Positions 5,765 to 15,572 of a DNA stretch of 40,646 nucleotides are shown in pieces; positions within the stretch are counted from its first letter, which is position 1; each line of letters starts with the position of its first letter. A program made the position numbers and the translations under genes. This stretch comes from a virus. The stretch spans positions 1-40,646 of the IMG/VR virus record IMGVR_UViG_3300001202_000005. One strand, 5' to 3'. The notes beneath the pieces were generated by a model. The model saw nothing but the letters and a program-made list of their open reading frames with translations. It was not told the DNA's origin and made no database searches.

Positions 5765-7816
5765 ATGAGTATTTTTGATAGCTACATGAGTGAAAATAAC
5801 CTTAAAGAGGCTATTGATATTAAACCGTTTCATACGGTTAAAGACAAACAAGACAAAGAAATCCTAGATTGGCTAAACTCTGCTGCTGAATCTCTGCTTA
5901 AGTATTCTAAAAATAGGCATCAGCAGCTAAAGTCAAATTTGGCAGCATATCGAGGATATAGACACGGATATGAAAAACAAACACCTAGAAGAGAATACCT
6001 ACCTCTACCTACTACAAGAAGAGAAAGGCTTACTGTAAATCATTTATTTGACCTAGTAGAAACTAAGGTGGCACAACTAGGTAGGCTTAAACCTTCTGTT
6101 CAATTACTTCCAAAGAATGATGAATTTGGAGATAAAAACTCGGCAAAAGCATCTAAACTATTATTAGATCATTATTTTGATCTAGTAAATTTTGATGCAA
6201 TCAATACCACAAGACAAAGACAAACCAAAATATTTGGTGAAGCATATACTTTTGTTACGTGGGATAAATACGCCGGAGATAAGCACCCTTTAGCTGGTCA
6301 AATTATAGAAGATGGAACAAAGGTTCCTGAAGAACTTACAGTTGGGGACGTTAAGTTAGAAGTTGAAGTTCCTTGGAGAGTATTAATTGATCCAGCAGAT
6401 AAATATGAAAAAACTAAGTTTGCATTTAGAATCCATATAGAGCACGTTGAAGACCTTAAATTAGAATACCCTGAACATAAAAAGAAAATTAGAGTAAACG
6501 ATGCATCTACATTATTTGACTATTCTACACTAGATACAGTTAAAATGAAAGATCATGTAGTAGTATATGAATTTTGGCATAAAAAGACCAAGGCATGTCC
6601 TAAAGGATTTTACGCTAAATTTACTAAAGATGTATTATTAGATTCAGAAGAAAATATGTATTCACATGGAGAATTTCCATTTGTTAGATCTACAGACTTA
6701 GATGTCCCAAATGTACTTCACGGTATTTCTCAATTAGAAAACATTAAACAAATACAAAACGCACATGATAGAATATCTAGTTTAATAGCTAAAAATGTTT
6801 ATTTAACAGCACACCCTAAATGGATGGTTCCAAAGGGAGCAGTTAAGTTAGAATCTTTAGGAAATGATGCTACAGTAGTTCAGTACCAAGGTCAAATACC
6901 TCCACAGTTAGCTACGTATCAATCAAATAGTCCAGAAGTATATAACTTTAGAGAATCTCTAGCATCTGATATGGAAAGAATTTATTCGGTTCACGGTGTA
7001 TCTAGAGGTGCCCCTCCTAGCGGAATAACTGCTGCTGTTGCACTTCAATTCTTAAATGAACAAGAAGCAGAGAGGGCAAGTGACGACGTTGCTAAACTTG
7101 GAATGTATGTTAAAGATATAGCTAAAAAAGTATTATCTGTAATGGGTGATTACTACGAGACGGATGATAATAGAATGGTTAGAATATTAGGTAAAGAAAA
7201 TAAATTCTTACTTAGACATTTTGATGCAGCTAACCTCAGTAAACCATATGATGTTAAAATTGATTTAGGGAACGCGTTAGCAGATACTAAAGCAGCTCAA
7301 ACACAAAGAATTATAGAGTTAGTACAATATAAGCCAGATGCATTATCAGGTGAACAAGTTATTGAAATGCTAGATTTAGGTAAAGCAGATAAACTAATAA
7401 ATCAAGTTACTTTAGCAGTTAGAACAGCAGAATCAGAAGTAGAAGATATGTTAGAAGGTAAACCGGTAGCTGATCCAGAGCCTTGGGAGGATCTTATAGT
7501 TCATTGGAGAGTTAAAGTTAAAGCTATTCAAGCAAGGTCCTTTAAAGAAGAGGTTCCTCCTGAATTAAGAGAAGTACTTAAAGAAAATATTAAAATTATA
7601 GAATTCTTAATGACTGAAAAAGCAAAAGAGAATCCTAAGTTTCAATCAGAAGTAGCACAATTAAGTTTATTTCCTATTTTTTATAAAGAAGGATTTACTG
7701 CTCAATCTGCTCAACAACAAGAATTAACCGTACAGGGTCAAGCGAATAGAGGCGAAGAGATCACAGGATCTATACCAGCAACTAATCCTTCGCCTTTACC
7801 AAATGAACCACAATAA
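5765..7816 (+). CDS. portal protein
   Basis: 683 aa, immediately after terL and before the acidic scaffold and the capsid gene. Called on size and synteny only. Confidence 0.75.
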   Translation: MSIFDSYMSENNLKEAIDIKPFHTVKDKQDKEILDWLNSAAESLLKYSKNRHQQLKSNLAAYRGYRHGYEKQTPRREYLPLPTTRRERLTVNHLFDLVETKVAQLGRLKPSVQLLPKNDEFGDKNSAKASKLLLDHYFDLVNFDAINTTRQRQTKIFGEAYTFVTWDKYAGDKHPLAGQIIEDGTKVPEELTVGDVKLEVEVPWRVLIDPADKYEKTKFAFRIHIEHVEDLKLEYPEHKKKIRVNDASTLFDYSTLDTVKMKDHVVVYEFWHKKTKACPKGFYAKFTKDVLLDSEENMYSHGEFPFVRSTDLDVPNVLHGISQLENIKQIQNAHDRISSLIAKNVYLTAHPKWMVPKGAVKLESLGNDATVVQYQGQIPPQLATYQSNSPEVYNFRESLASDMERIYSVHGVSRGAPPSGITAAVALQFLNEQEAERASDDVAKLGMYVKDIAKKVLSVMGDYYETDDNRMVRILGKENKFLLRHFDAANLSKPYDVKIDLGNALADTKAAQTQRIIELVQYKPDALSGEQVIEMLDLGKADKLINQVTLAVRTAESEVEDMLEGKPVADPEPWEDLIVHWRVKVKAIQARSFKEEVPPELREVLKENIKIIEFLMTEKAKENPKFQSEVAQLSLFPIFYKEGFTAQSAQQQELTVQGQANRGEEITGSIPATNPSPLPNEPQ

Positions 7817-7831
7817 CAGGGAGAAATATTA

Positions 7832-8974
7832 GTGAGTGATTTTAACACAGCTTTTGAAGCACAATTTGACGCAAAAGATTCTGAACCAATCGAGGTCCAT
7901 ACGGATACAGATCATGAAGATACAGGATCTACATTTGAAAAACTTGACAACAGTGATCCTAGTGAATTACTAGAGCAGGCTAAACAAGAAGTTCAATCTA
8001 ATGATGAATCAAATGATACATTAGAAGATCAAGTAAGTGTTGATAAATCCATGGAGGATAAATCAGCAGACGAAGTAGAACAAGAGATTATTAACTTAAT
8101 CAAAGCTAAGTCAGGTGAGAAAGAGTATGAAATTGACGAAAATGCTATGTTTTCTATCAAAATCGACGGTGAAGATGTAGACGTTAGTTTATCAGACCTT
8201 AGAAGTAATTATTCAGGGAAAACAGTTTGGGACAGGAAATTTTCTGAACTAGACACAGAAAGAAAAGCATATTTAGACGATAAGTCTAATGTTGAAGCCT
8301 ATGTAAATGAGTTTGCTGCTTTAGCAGGTTCGGGCGATAAAATGAAAGCTTTAGAGTTTTTAGCAACGATAAGTGGTCAAGACGCACTTCAATTCCGTAG
8401 AGATTTAAGATCTCAAGTTATGGAGGAAGTATTAGTTAGACAACAAATGAACGAAGATCAAGTTAAAGCATTAGAGCTACAAGAAGAATTGGATTTTGTG
8501 AAGAGAAGTCAAGAGTCTGCACATCAAAGCAAGATAGCGAGCCAAACCACTATGGAAGTTCAAAATCAAGTTATGGGAATGCAGGAAGCTTACGGACTAT
8601 CTGATCAAGGACTAGTTGAACTATATGACGGTGTTATTAACAAATACGGATCGGACTTAACAGACGGACAGATCATGCAAGCCCTTCAGCAAGAAGCTGA
8701 TTATGGCATAGCTATGGAAGGTGCTGGAGAATTGTTAGGCAACCTAGATACTGAATTAGTTAATCAAGAGAACATGGGAGCAGTAGCGGATTTAATTTTA
8801 AGTAACCCAGACTTCACTGAAGAGGACTTTACTGAAATTATCCAAGAAGCTTTTGGTTCTACCAAATCACGTAAGAAAACTAGTACCAAGGTAAAGAAGG
8901 CAACTCAAAAGGCAACGGAGCCTAAAAAAGCCATGACTTTACAAAACTACGTCTCATTTGATGACTTAGATTAA
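7832..8974 (+). CDS. scaffolding protein
   Basis: Highly acidic, coiled-coil-like 380-aa protein between the portal and major capsid genes. GTG start with a GGGAGA SD. Confidence 0.65.
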   Translation: MSDFNTAFEAQFDAKDSEPIEVHTDTDHEDTGSTFEKLDNSDPSELLEQAKQEVQSNDESNDTLEDQVSVDKSMEDKSADEVEQEIINLIKAKSGEKEYEIDENAMFSIKIDGEDVDVSLSDLRSNYSGKTVWDRKFSELDTERKAYLDDKSNVEAYVNEFAALAGSGDKMKALEFLATISGQDALQFRRDLRSQVMEEVLVRQQMNEDQVKALELQEELDFVKRSQESAHQSKIASQTTMEVQNQVMGMQEAYGLSDQGLVELYDGVINKYGSDLTDGQIMQALQQEADYGIAMEGAGELLGNLDTELVNQENMGAVADLILSNPDFTEEDFTEIIQEAFGSTKSRKKTSTKVKKATQKATEPKKAMTLQNYVSFDDLD

Positions 8975-9001
8975 TATTAACTTATAATTAGGAGAATAAT
9001 T

Positions 9002-10213
9002 ATGTCTGGAAACAGAACTTTTTCAATTCAAGAGGCTAGTGCACTCTTTAAAATTCACTATGACAAACTATCTATGAACGTTTATAACAGTGCTAACGTA
9101 CTTTTAGGACGAGTAAAAAAGAAGTATGACTTCACTGGTAGACAAAGAAACATTTCTATTCCTCAGAGTTTTTCTGGAGGGGTAGGATCAGGAACACTTC
9201 CAAAGTCTAACACTGCTCAATATGCTGAGGCAGTAATCACAGCTAAGAAAGTTTACGCTAGAGTAGACATCGATAGAGAGACTATCAAAGCAGCTATGAA
9301 AGATGAAGGTTCTTATGTTAGAGCTACTAAAGAAGTTGTAGAAAAAGGTGTTGAATCTTACATGAGAAACATGTCAAGAATCCTTTTTAATGACGGTTCA
9401 GGAAAACTAGCTGATATTGATACTGCTATTCCTGCTACTGGAACTGGAACTGAAGCTGATCCATATGTTGTTGTACTTGCTGCTGACACAAAAGAAGCAA
9501 ACATTGAAGAGAGAGATCTTGTAAATATTGACAACGAAACAGATTGTTTAGAGCTTTTATCTTATGATCCAGAAACTAAAACTCTTGAGCTTTGTGGTGT
9601 ATCAGCTGCTTTAGCGGGTGGAACTGCTACTGAGATCTTTATGCAAGGGTCTAGAAACAACGATCCTCTAGGTCTTAAAGGTGTTTTAGACGCTACTACA
9701 GGAACTCTTTATGGAATCCCTGTTGCACGTAGATGGCAATCAGTTCAGATCGACGCTTTAGCTGCTAACATCTCTACTGATATCATGAACAGAGCAATGC
9801 TTACTGTTGAGAGAAGAACTGGTAAAGTTCCTAATCTTATCATTACTTCTTACGAGCAATTCCAAAAGTTACTTGCTCTTCAAGAAGATCAAAAAAGATA
9901 CCCTATTCCTAACAGAGCCGGTGTTAAAGACAAAAACGGTGAGGTTCTTTCTTTCTCTGGAGTTCAGTTTATGAGTACTGCTGGAGCGGTTCCTGTAGTT
10001 GCTGAGAGATTCTGTGAGCAAGATAGAATGTATTTCTTAAATGATAGCTACATTTGTATTTACCACAGACCAGATTTTGGTTGGTTTGACGATGATGGAA
10101 CTGTATTCCTAAGAAAAGCTGAGTCAGATGAGTACGAAGCTAGATACGGTGGATACCTTGAGGTTTATATCAACCCAGTCTATCACGCGGTTATTTCTAA
10201 CTTAGCTGTATAA
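9002..10213 (+). CDS. major capsid protein
   Basis: 403 aa at the position after the scaffold. Strong AGGAGAATAATTATG RBS, followed by a GC-rich hairpin. Called on synteny only. Confidence 0.75.
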   Translation: MSGNRTFSIQEASALFKIHYDKLSMNVYNSANVLLGRVKKKYDFTGRQRNISIPQSFSGGVGSGTLPKSNTAQYAEAVITAKKVYARVDIDRETIKAAMKDEGSYVRATKEVVEKGVESYMRNMSRILFNDGSGKLADIDTAIPATGTGTEADPYVVVLAADTKEANIEERDLVNIDNETDCLELLSYDPETKTLELCGVSAALAGGTATEIFMQGSRNNDPLGLKGVLDATTGTLYGIPVARRWQSVQIDALAANISTDIMNRAMLTVERRTGKVPNLIITSYEQFQKLLALQEDQKRYPIPNRAGVKDKNGEVLSFSGVQFMSTAGAVPVVAERFCEQDRMYFLNDSYICIYHRPDFGWFDDDGTVFLRKAESDEYEARYGGYLEVYINPVYHAVISNLAV

Positions 10214-10222
10214 TTAATTAAT

Positions 10223-10246
10223 AGAGGGGGTTTCCCTGTCCCCTCT
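10223..10246 (+). terminator. hairpin AGAGGGG-N10-CCCCTCT after the capsid gene (possible attenuator/terminator)
   Basis: Perfect 7-bp G/C-rich stem (10223-10229 / 10240-10246). More G/C words and a T5 run follow (GGGGGTTTTT, about 10270-10279). It sits in an 84-bp gap in an otherwise gapless operon. Confidence 0.45.
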
Positions 10247-10297
10247 TCCCTCTAGGGTTCCGACCTTAGGGGGTTTTTAAGGGCAAAAGGTTTTCAT

Positions 10298-10612
10298 ATG
10301 GGCGTTATAAAAGGCAATGAATCAAACACTACTCCGATAACACATGATGTTACTACCTCTGTAGTTGGAGATAAGACTGCATTAGATGTAACTTTAGCAT
10401 CTGGTTCAGCAGTAGCAGTAGCTCCGGGGTCAGCAGTATCAATAAATGGAGGTTCATTAGTAACCGAAGAATTTGATTCTGTAGTAATTACATCAAAAAA
10501 TGCAGACGGATGCCCTACAGGAATAGAGTATTCTTTAGCAGGAGTATTAGTAGCTACTCTTACACTTACATATGACGTAGACGGAGATCTACAATCAGTT
10601 AGCAGGGTTTAA
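10298..10612 (+). CDS. hypothetical virion-module protein (104 aa)
   Basis: ORF between the capsid and fibre genes. Ser/Val/Thr/Gly-rich. Confidence 0.65.
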   Translation: MGVIKGNESNTTPITHDVTTSVVGDKTALDVTLASGSAVAVAPGSAVSINGGSLVTEEFDSVVITSKNADGCPTGIEYSLAGVLVATLTLTYDVDGDLQSVSRV

Positions 10613-10614
10613 TA

Positions 10615-12132
10615 ATGTCAAGATTTAAGTTCAACCCTTTAACAGCACAACTAGAAATAGCAGAATCATTTCCTAGTAACATACGAGGTCATGTAGACTT
10701 CTTTGCTGATCTACCTACTAGTGCTACTATAGGGGATCAATATATAGTTGACCAAGATTCAGGGTCAGTCTTTACTTTAAATAAGAGAGAAGCTGGATTA
10801 TATAGATGGAATGGAACAATCTGGGTTCCTAGTGCAGATATAACTACATTATCAATAGAAGCAGATGACACAAATATCGGTTCCGGAAGTAGTCAATTAC
10901 AAGCAGTATTAGATCATATAGATAGTATTGCTGACACAAATACAACAAATATAACAACAAACACAACAGATATTGCTACCAATAGTGGAGATATAGATAA
11001 TAACGAAATAGCAATAGCAGCTAACTTAGCATCTAGTATGTTAAATGCTACTAATTTATCAGATCATGAAACTGATTTAAATAATCCTCACGAAGTAACA
11101 ATTACTCAAGCTATTACACAAGATCCAAATACAAATATAACTACTACCCAACTAGAGACTCTTAGCGATGGTTCAGACGCAGATGCATTGCATACACATT
11201 CTGAGTTGACAGCCCCTAATGGAGATACCGTAGCAGAAGTATTTAATTCAGGGAGTTTAGCTATAGGTCCAGACGGAGACATAGTTTTAAACGCAGGAAA
11301 TAACCCTAGAATTAACTTTATAGACCCAGACACTACTAGTACTGGAGATATAACATTAGATAATACGTCTATAAGAATAGACGTAGATAATCCTGATGAT
11401 ACAGCCAATTCTCACTTTACAGTAAGATTAGATACAGACGAGAAACTTAATGTAACTACTACAGATATACGATTTAACGACTATGTTACAGCTAGAGATG
11501 ATGGACCAGTAGATACTGACAGAGTTGCTTATTTTGACAATCTAGGAAATGTACAAGTAGGGTCTATCCCAGCCGCTCCGGGATTAGAAATAGATGATTT
11601 AATAGATTCACCCGTTCCAAGCGCTGCTACAGCAGGGTGCTTATATCAATTAAGAGAAAATGCAACTGGAACTGGTTTAGAGTGGTGGCGAGATTTCTAT
11701 CAAGTAGACGAGAGAACAGACGGACTAGTAAATCAACAAAATGCAGTGTTTGAGCCGTATTTAAGTGTAACATATGACATAAAAGATGCTGGAGATTATC
11801 TATTAGATTTCTCATATATTTTTAGTATGAATAACACTACATTGAATTTTGAAGCTCACCTAGAAATAAATGGAACAGACGTATATCCTCTACATATTGA
11901 ACCGAAAGATGCAGGTGGAGCAGGGCTAGTACTTCCTATTATTGCAGGGGGCGTTGAAGGTCCAGGAACAGTAAATTCGGGAACAGATCAATTTTTAAAT
12001 AACTCTGGTAAGATGATAGTAAATCTACCTACGGGTGCAAACACTATAATACTTGAATTTTCAGCTAGAGGTGCAGCAAACCTAGAAGCAGCTATTCATA
12101 GAGCATTATTTGTATTAAAGAGGATTCCTTAA
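10615..12132 (+). CDS. tail fibre-like protein
   Basis: NT-rich repeat tract (TNTTNITTNTTDIATNSGDIDNNEIAIAANL) and a DLNNPHEVT motif common in fibre proteins. It shares a module with the next ORF. Confidence 0.65.
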   Translation: MSRFKFNPLTAQLEIAESFPSNIRGHVDFFADLPTSATIGDQYIVDQDSGSVFTLNKREAGLYRWNGTIWVPSADITTLSIEADDTNIGSGSSQLQAVLDHIDSIADTNTTNITTNTTDIATNSGDIDNNEIAIAANLASSMLNATNLSDHETDLNNPHEVTITQAITQDPNTNITTTQLETLSDGSDADALHTHSELTAPNGDTVAEVFNSGSLAIGPDGDIVLNAGNNPRINFIDPDTTSTGDITLDNTSIRIDVDNPDDTANSHFTVRLDTDEKLNVTTTDIRFNDYVTARDDGPVDTDRVAYFDNLGNVQVGSIPAAPGLEIDDLIDSPVPSAATAGCLYQLRENATGTGLEWWRDFYQVDERTDGLVNQQNAVFEPYLSVTYDIKDAGDYLLDFSYIFSMNNTTLNFEAHLEINGTDVYPLHIEPKDAGGAGLVLPIIAGGVEGPGTVNSGTDQFLNNSGKMIVNLPTGANTIILEFSARGAANLEAAIHRALFVLKRIP

Positions 12133-13250
12133 TGGCAACATTTAAAGTATATCAAGATGCAGAAGGTAGAACCTTTAGAGCATTAGAAGGATCGGATAGG
12201 GAGTTAGAGTTACTAGCCAATCCTAATTTAGTAGAGCAAGTAGCATTAGAAGTTACTGTAGATGACGTTACGGGTCTAACAGAAATAGGGGCACATCTAC
12301 ATATTGAGGCTGATATTACTGATTTAGATAAGTATACGCAGGCTGAAATAGATGCTCAGCAAGCTACTCAAGATACTAATATATCTACAAATATGGCAGC
12401 TACTATATTTAACACAGCTGCTATAACTACGAATACCCAGGATATAAATACAAACACCGATAATCTAGTTTTAGAGGCAAACACTAGAATTTCAGAAGAT
12501 AATTTACTGTCTAGTAGAATAGATTCTAACGAAGCAAGCACAGATGATAATGCAGAATCTATTATAACTAACGCAGCAGATATAGCTACAAATGCTATGG
12601 ATATTGACAACAATGAAATAGGTATATCGGCTAACTTAGAAAACAATACACTAAATTCCACCAATATTGCCAGCAATGATGTAGATATTGCGGAATTACA
12701 AGATAATGTAGATAGTCTAAATAATAGAACAAGATTAGTAACTATATCAGGTAGATTTGAAATTGATACCGACGACGATTGGGCTTGTTGGTCTGATCCT
12801 AACTTTGGTCCTAATTTACAAGATTGGGATTTAGATTTAGGAAATGGAGCTACTCCTAATGTTGATTTCGATGGCTTAGGTATGATGTTCCCTGCAGGTA
12901 CAACACTTAAACGTATATTTGTAAAAATAAGAGCAAATAATAACGATGCAGATTCTATTGAAACTTTTGCTAGAGTTCATGATGTTGATTTAACTCAAGA
13001 TTTACCTATAGATAGTATAGCAGAAATAAATGCAATAGATATATTAGAAGCTAACCTTACAATAAACCTAAACCAAGGTGCTGCGCAACCTTTAGATATG
13101 AGAGCATTTGAAATACCTCTAGGTGATTATGTTATGCAAAATGATGGAGATTTACATTTAATGATGCGTTCTACACCAGGATCTACTACAGCCAATAGAC
13201 AATTAAGATGTACTATGTTTATTGAGTACATATTACCAGAGGTTTTATAA
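12132..13250 (+). CDS. tail fibre-like protein (paralogous module)
   Basis: ADIATNAMDIDNNEIGISANL closely matches the module in 10615..12132. TAATG coupling. Confidence 0.6.
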   Translation: MATFKVYQDAEGRTFRALEGSDRELELLANPNLVEQVALEVTVDDVTGLTEIGAHLHIEADITDLDKYTQAEIDAQQATQDTNISTNMAATIFNTAAITTNTQDINTNTDNLVLEANTRISEDNLLSSRIDSNEASTDDNAESIITNAADIATNAMDIDNNEIGISANLENNTLNSTNIASNDVDIAELQDNVDSLNNRTRLVTISGRFEIDTDDDWACWSDPNFGPNLQDWDLDLGNGATPNVDFDGLGMMFPAGTTLKRIFVKIRANNNDADSIETFARVHDVDLTQDLPIDSIAEINAIDILEANLTINLNQGAAQPLDMRAFEIPLGDYVMQNDGDLHLMMRSTPGSTTANRQLRCTMFIEYILPEVL

Positions 13251-13834
13251 TGGAATTAAAATTACAAAGATATACAAAAACATACCCTTTAAAGACATGC
13301 AACTTTAAGAAAGAATGTGTTCCGAATCTAATATACGACGAAGTAATTCAAGACGGATTAATAGTAAAAGAATTATATTATGGGGATTATGATCAAACTG
13401 ATTTAATAGTTGAAGTAGATATTACGTATACATATGGGGCAGATACTTTAATAGAAAGAATGGATTTTGATGTAAATTACTACGACGATGATAACAAAAT
13501 AGGTATGACTATTAAGAAAGTTAAGAAGTTAACTAAAAGACAGAAATTAGGATTATTAAAGAAAAGAAGAAAAACAATATCTGAAGATGCTCAGGCTAAC
13601 GTTTTAGGTTTACTTAGAATGTCTTACCCAGAAGAGGATATGCAAAACCTACTTAATTTAGGGGGTTCTTTTATTATTAAAAATAAGCACGCTTTAGAAG
13701 TGTATGAGTCAGCGGGGTCTCCTCAGATTGTATCTGATCTAGCTAGTGCTACAGAATATTGGTTAGATGCTACTCCTTCTGCTCTAGGCGGAGCTACAAT
13801 CAGGCAATATTTAATAGGGGCATTTAGTGCATAA
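13250..13834 (+). CDS. hypothetical virion-module protein (194 aa)
   Basis: TAATG-coupled ORF. No motif recognised. Confidence 0.7.
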   Translation: MELKLQRYTKTYPLKTCNFKKECVPNLIYDEVIQDGLIVKELYYGDYDQTDLIVEVDITYTYGADTLIERMDFDVNYYDDDNKIGMTIKKVKKLTKRQKLGLLKKRRKTISEDAQANVLGLLRMSYPEEDMQNLLNLGGSFIIKNKHALEVYESAGSPQIVSDLASATEYWLDATPSALGGATIRQYLIGAFSA

Positions 13835-14102
13835 TAAAGATTATTGCGGACCTTTCTGGATGCCTAAATTCATGAGAAAATGGGCTTCTAGTAAATTTAA
13901 TATGAGTTGTAAAATACATGACGAAGACTACTCTAAAGATATGACTCAAAAAGAAGCAGATAGGATATTTCTATTTAATATGTTAAAACAAACTAGGGGT
14001 TCCGTATTTTGGGTCCATATGGCTCTATGGTACTATACATGGGTTAGATGGTTTGGTTGGATCTCATGGAAAAAAGGTCAAAAAGAAAGATTGAAGAAAT
14101 AA
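13827..14102 (+). CDS. phospholipase A2-motif protein (parvovirus-type YxGPF...HDxxY...ADxxF)
   Basis: DYCGPFW, CKIHDEDYS and EADRIFLFNML are collinear with the PLA2 Ca-loop and His-Asp dyad motifs. Trp-rich hydrophobic C-terminus. GTG start. Confidence 0.5.
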   Translation: MHNKDYCGPFWMPKFMRKWASSKFNMSCKIHDEDYSKDMTQKEADRIFLFNMLKQTRGSVFWVHMALWYYTWVRWFGWISWKKGQKERLKK

Positions 14103-14120
14103 GGGAAGTACTAGTATAAT
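14091..14120 (+). promoter_or_regulatory. possible internal promoter TTGAAG-18 nt-TATAAT
   Basis: -35-like TTGAAG at 14091-14096 and a perfect TATAAT at 14115-14120 inside the palindrome AGTATAATACT. Located in a 113-bp gap before 14216. Confidence 0.35.
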
Positions 14121-14215
14121 ACTATTATAGGCATACGCCGAAGCCAAGTTTAGCGAGCTTTTCGTAATAGTACAGGACAAGGGTTATTCGGCTAACCTAT
14201 ATTTTTGGAGAAATA

Positions 14216-14938
14216 ATGTCAAATAGAACAAAGAAATTTGAACAAGGTATAGGATTAGAACCTATAGATATTCCTGCTAACCCTAACGAAGGTGATTTAT
14301 ATGTTTCAGATGGGACTGTAAATCCATCGGGTTTAAACCTAAGACAAAATAATGCTTGGATATCTATAGGAGAAGCTTCTAATATAGAGGGTTCTGAGTT
14401 AGTATCTACAGAAGAGGATGCAGATAAGATATTAGTTACAGACGGAGCAGATGGTTTCACATACGAAGACAGAACTCCTACAATGAGAAAACAAACAAAT
14501 TTCTTACAAAGCAATATTGTAGCTTCAGCTACAGGACCTTCTCCGACATTAAACGATTTAGTATTTGTAAATTTAGACCCTGATAAAGTATATCAAGTTC
14601 ATTATCAGTTTTTTCTTACTTCTGACACAGATGGGTTTAAAACAATAGAATGTACATTGCCAGGATCACCTGCTGCACCTAACACTCCAAAAACATTATT
14701 CAGAGTATCTCAGGAAGTTAATCCAGCAGGATCAGGGACCATGTCTTCTTTAATAGTAGCAGGGGTAAGTGAGCCTTTTAAAGTATCCTCAGAGCCTAAT
14801 AGAAACTTTGTTAGTTTTGTAGGTTCTTCATTTAACGATACAGACACACTAGTAGGGGACGGAACTAGACAAGCTACGTTTGTAACTCTAGTAGAATTAC
14901 CGTGTAACTTAGTAGAAACAACAGATTTTTCATTATAA
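14216..14938 (+). CDS. hypothetical virion protein (240 aa)
   Basis: GGAGAAATAATG RBS. Located in the structural block. Confidence 0.75.
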   Translation: MSNRTKKFEQGIGLEPIDIPANPNEGDLYVSDGTVNPSGLNLRQNNAWISIGEASNIEGSELVSTEEDADKILVTDGADGFTYEDRTPTMRKQTNFLQSNIVASATGPSPTLNDLVFVNLDPDKVYQVHYQFFLTSDTDGFKTIECTLPGSPAAPNTPKTLFRVSQEVNPAGSGTMSSLIVAGVSEPFKVSSEPNRNFVSFVGSSFNDTDTLVGDGTRQATFVTLVELPCNLVETTDFSL

Positions 14939-14948
14939 GGAATAATAT

Positions 14949-15563
14949 ATGCCATTTTTAACAGTAGGGACAAATAACGACGATCTAACACTTCAGGTTC
15001 CAGCAAAAAGAACAACAGATTGGGCTAACGAGTTTTTAGATAATTTTGTAAGAAAAATAGTAAACCATGATCACTCCGGTAATGGTAGAGGTAAACAATT
15101 AACTTCTATGGCTTTAGCTGCCAATTCGGTAACCCAGAATCAGATTTTATTATCAGATGGATCAGCTTTACAATGGCAAAATCCTAATACAGGAAATGCT
15201 ACAGATATTATTAGTTATAGTGATGCAGATAATAAAATTACTATAACAGGAACTATTCAGCCTACAGGTATATGTACTTCAAATACTATAAATTTAGCTA
15301 CAGTTGGACTAACAGATACAGGCATAGAAAGTGTTACTGCTAGAATTATTCACTATAGTGCTACAGTAGACGGGACTTCCATCACTCAAATAGGTACAAT
15401 CTTTATTGATGAAAATAATATTATTACTCATGAATACAGTACAGGAACATCTAATTCTATTACAGTAAATGGATACCTGGGTGTAAATAATACATTACAT
15501 ATAACTAGTAATTTATCTAGCTCAGCAATACAGACATTTAAATATATAACAATAGACCTTTAG
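14949..15563 (+). CDS. hypothetical virion protein (204 aa), fibre/adaptor-like
   Basis: AAGGA SD. Has an HDHSGNGRGKQL motif of a kind seen at fibre N-termini. Confidence 0.7.
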   Translation: MPFLTVGTNNDDLTLQVPAKRTTDWANEFLDNFVRKIVNHDHSGNGRGKQLTSMALAANSVTQNQILLSDGSALQWQNPNTGNATDIISYSDADNKITITGTIQPTGICTSNTINLATVGLTDTGIESVTARIIHYSATVDGTSITQIGTIFIDENNIITHEYSTGTSNSITVNGYLGVNNTLHITSNLSSSAIQTFKYITIDL

Positions 15564-15572
15564 GAGAATAAT

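Noticed and set aside
11106-12676. Antisense ORFs inside large genes: 11106..11408, 12368..12676, 14197..14514, 14710..15015, 17743..18084, 20871..21290, 26647..27093, 29716..30123, 31865..32293, 34424..34732, 35668..36084, 37578..37838 and others.
   Set aside because: They lie entirely within longer, motif-supported genes on the other strand. They lack SD sites and have low-complexity Ser/Leu/Ile-rich translations typical of shadow frames.
10615-13250. Repeated fibre modules as a possible diversity-generating retroelement target/template pair.
   Set aside because: No reverse transcriptase gene is present anywhere in the genome. The copies are diverged paralogous coding modules, not a near-identical TR/VR pair differing at adenines.
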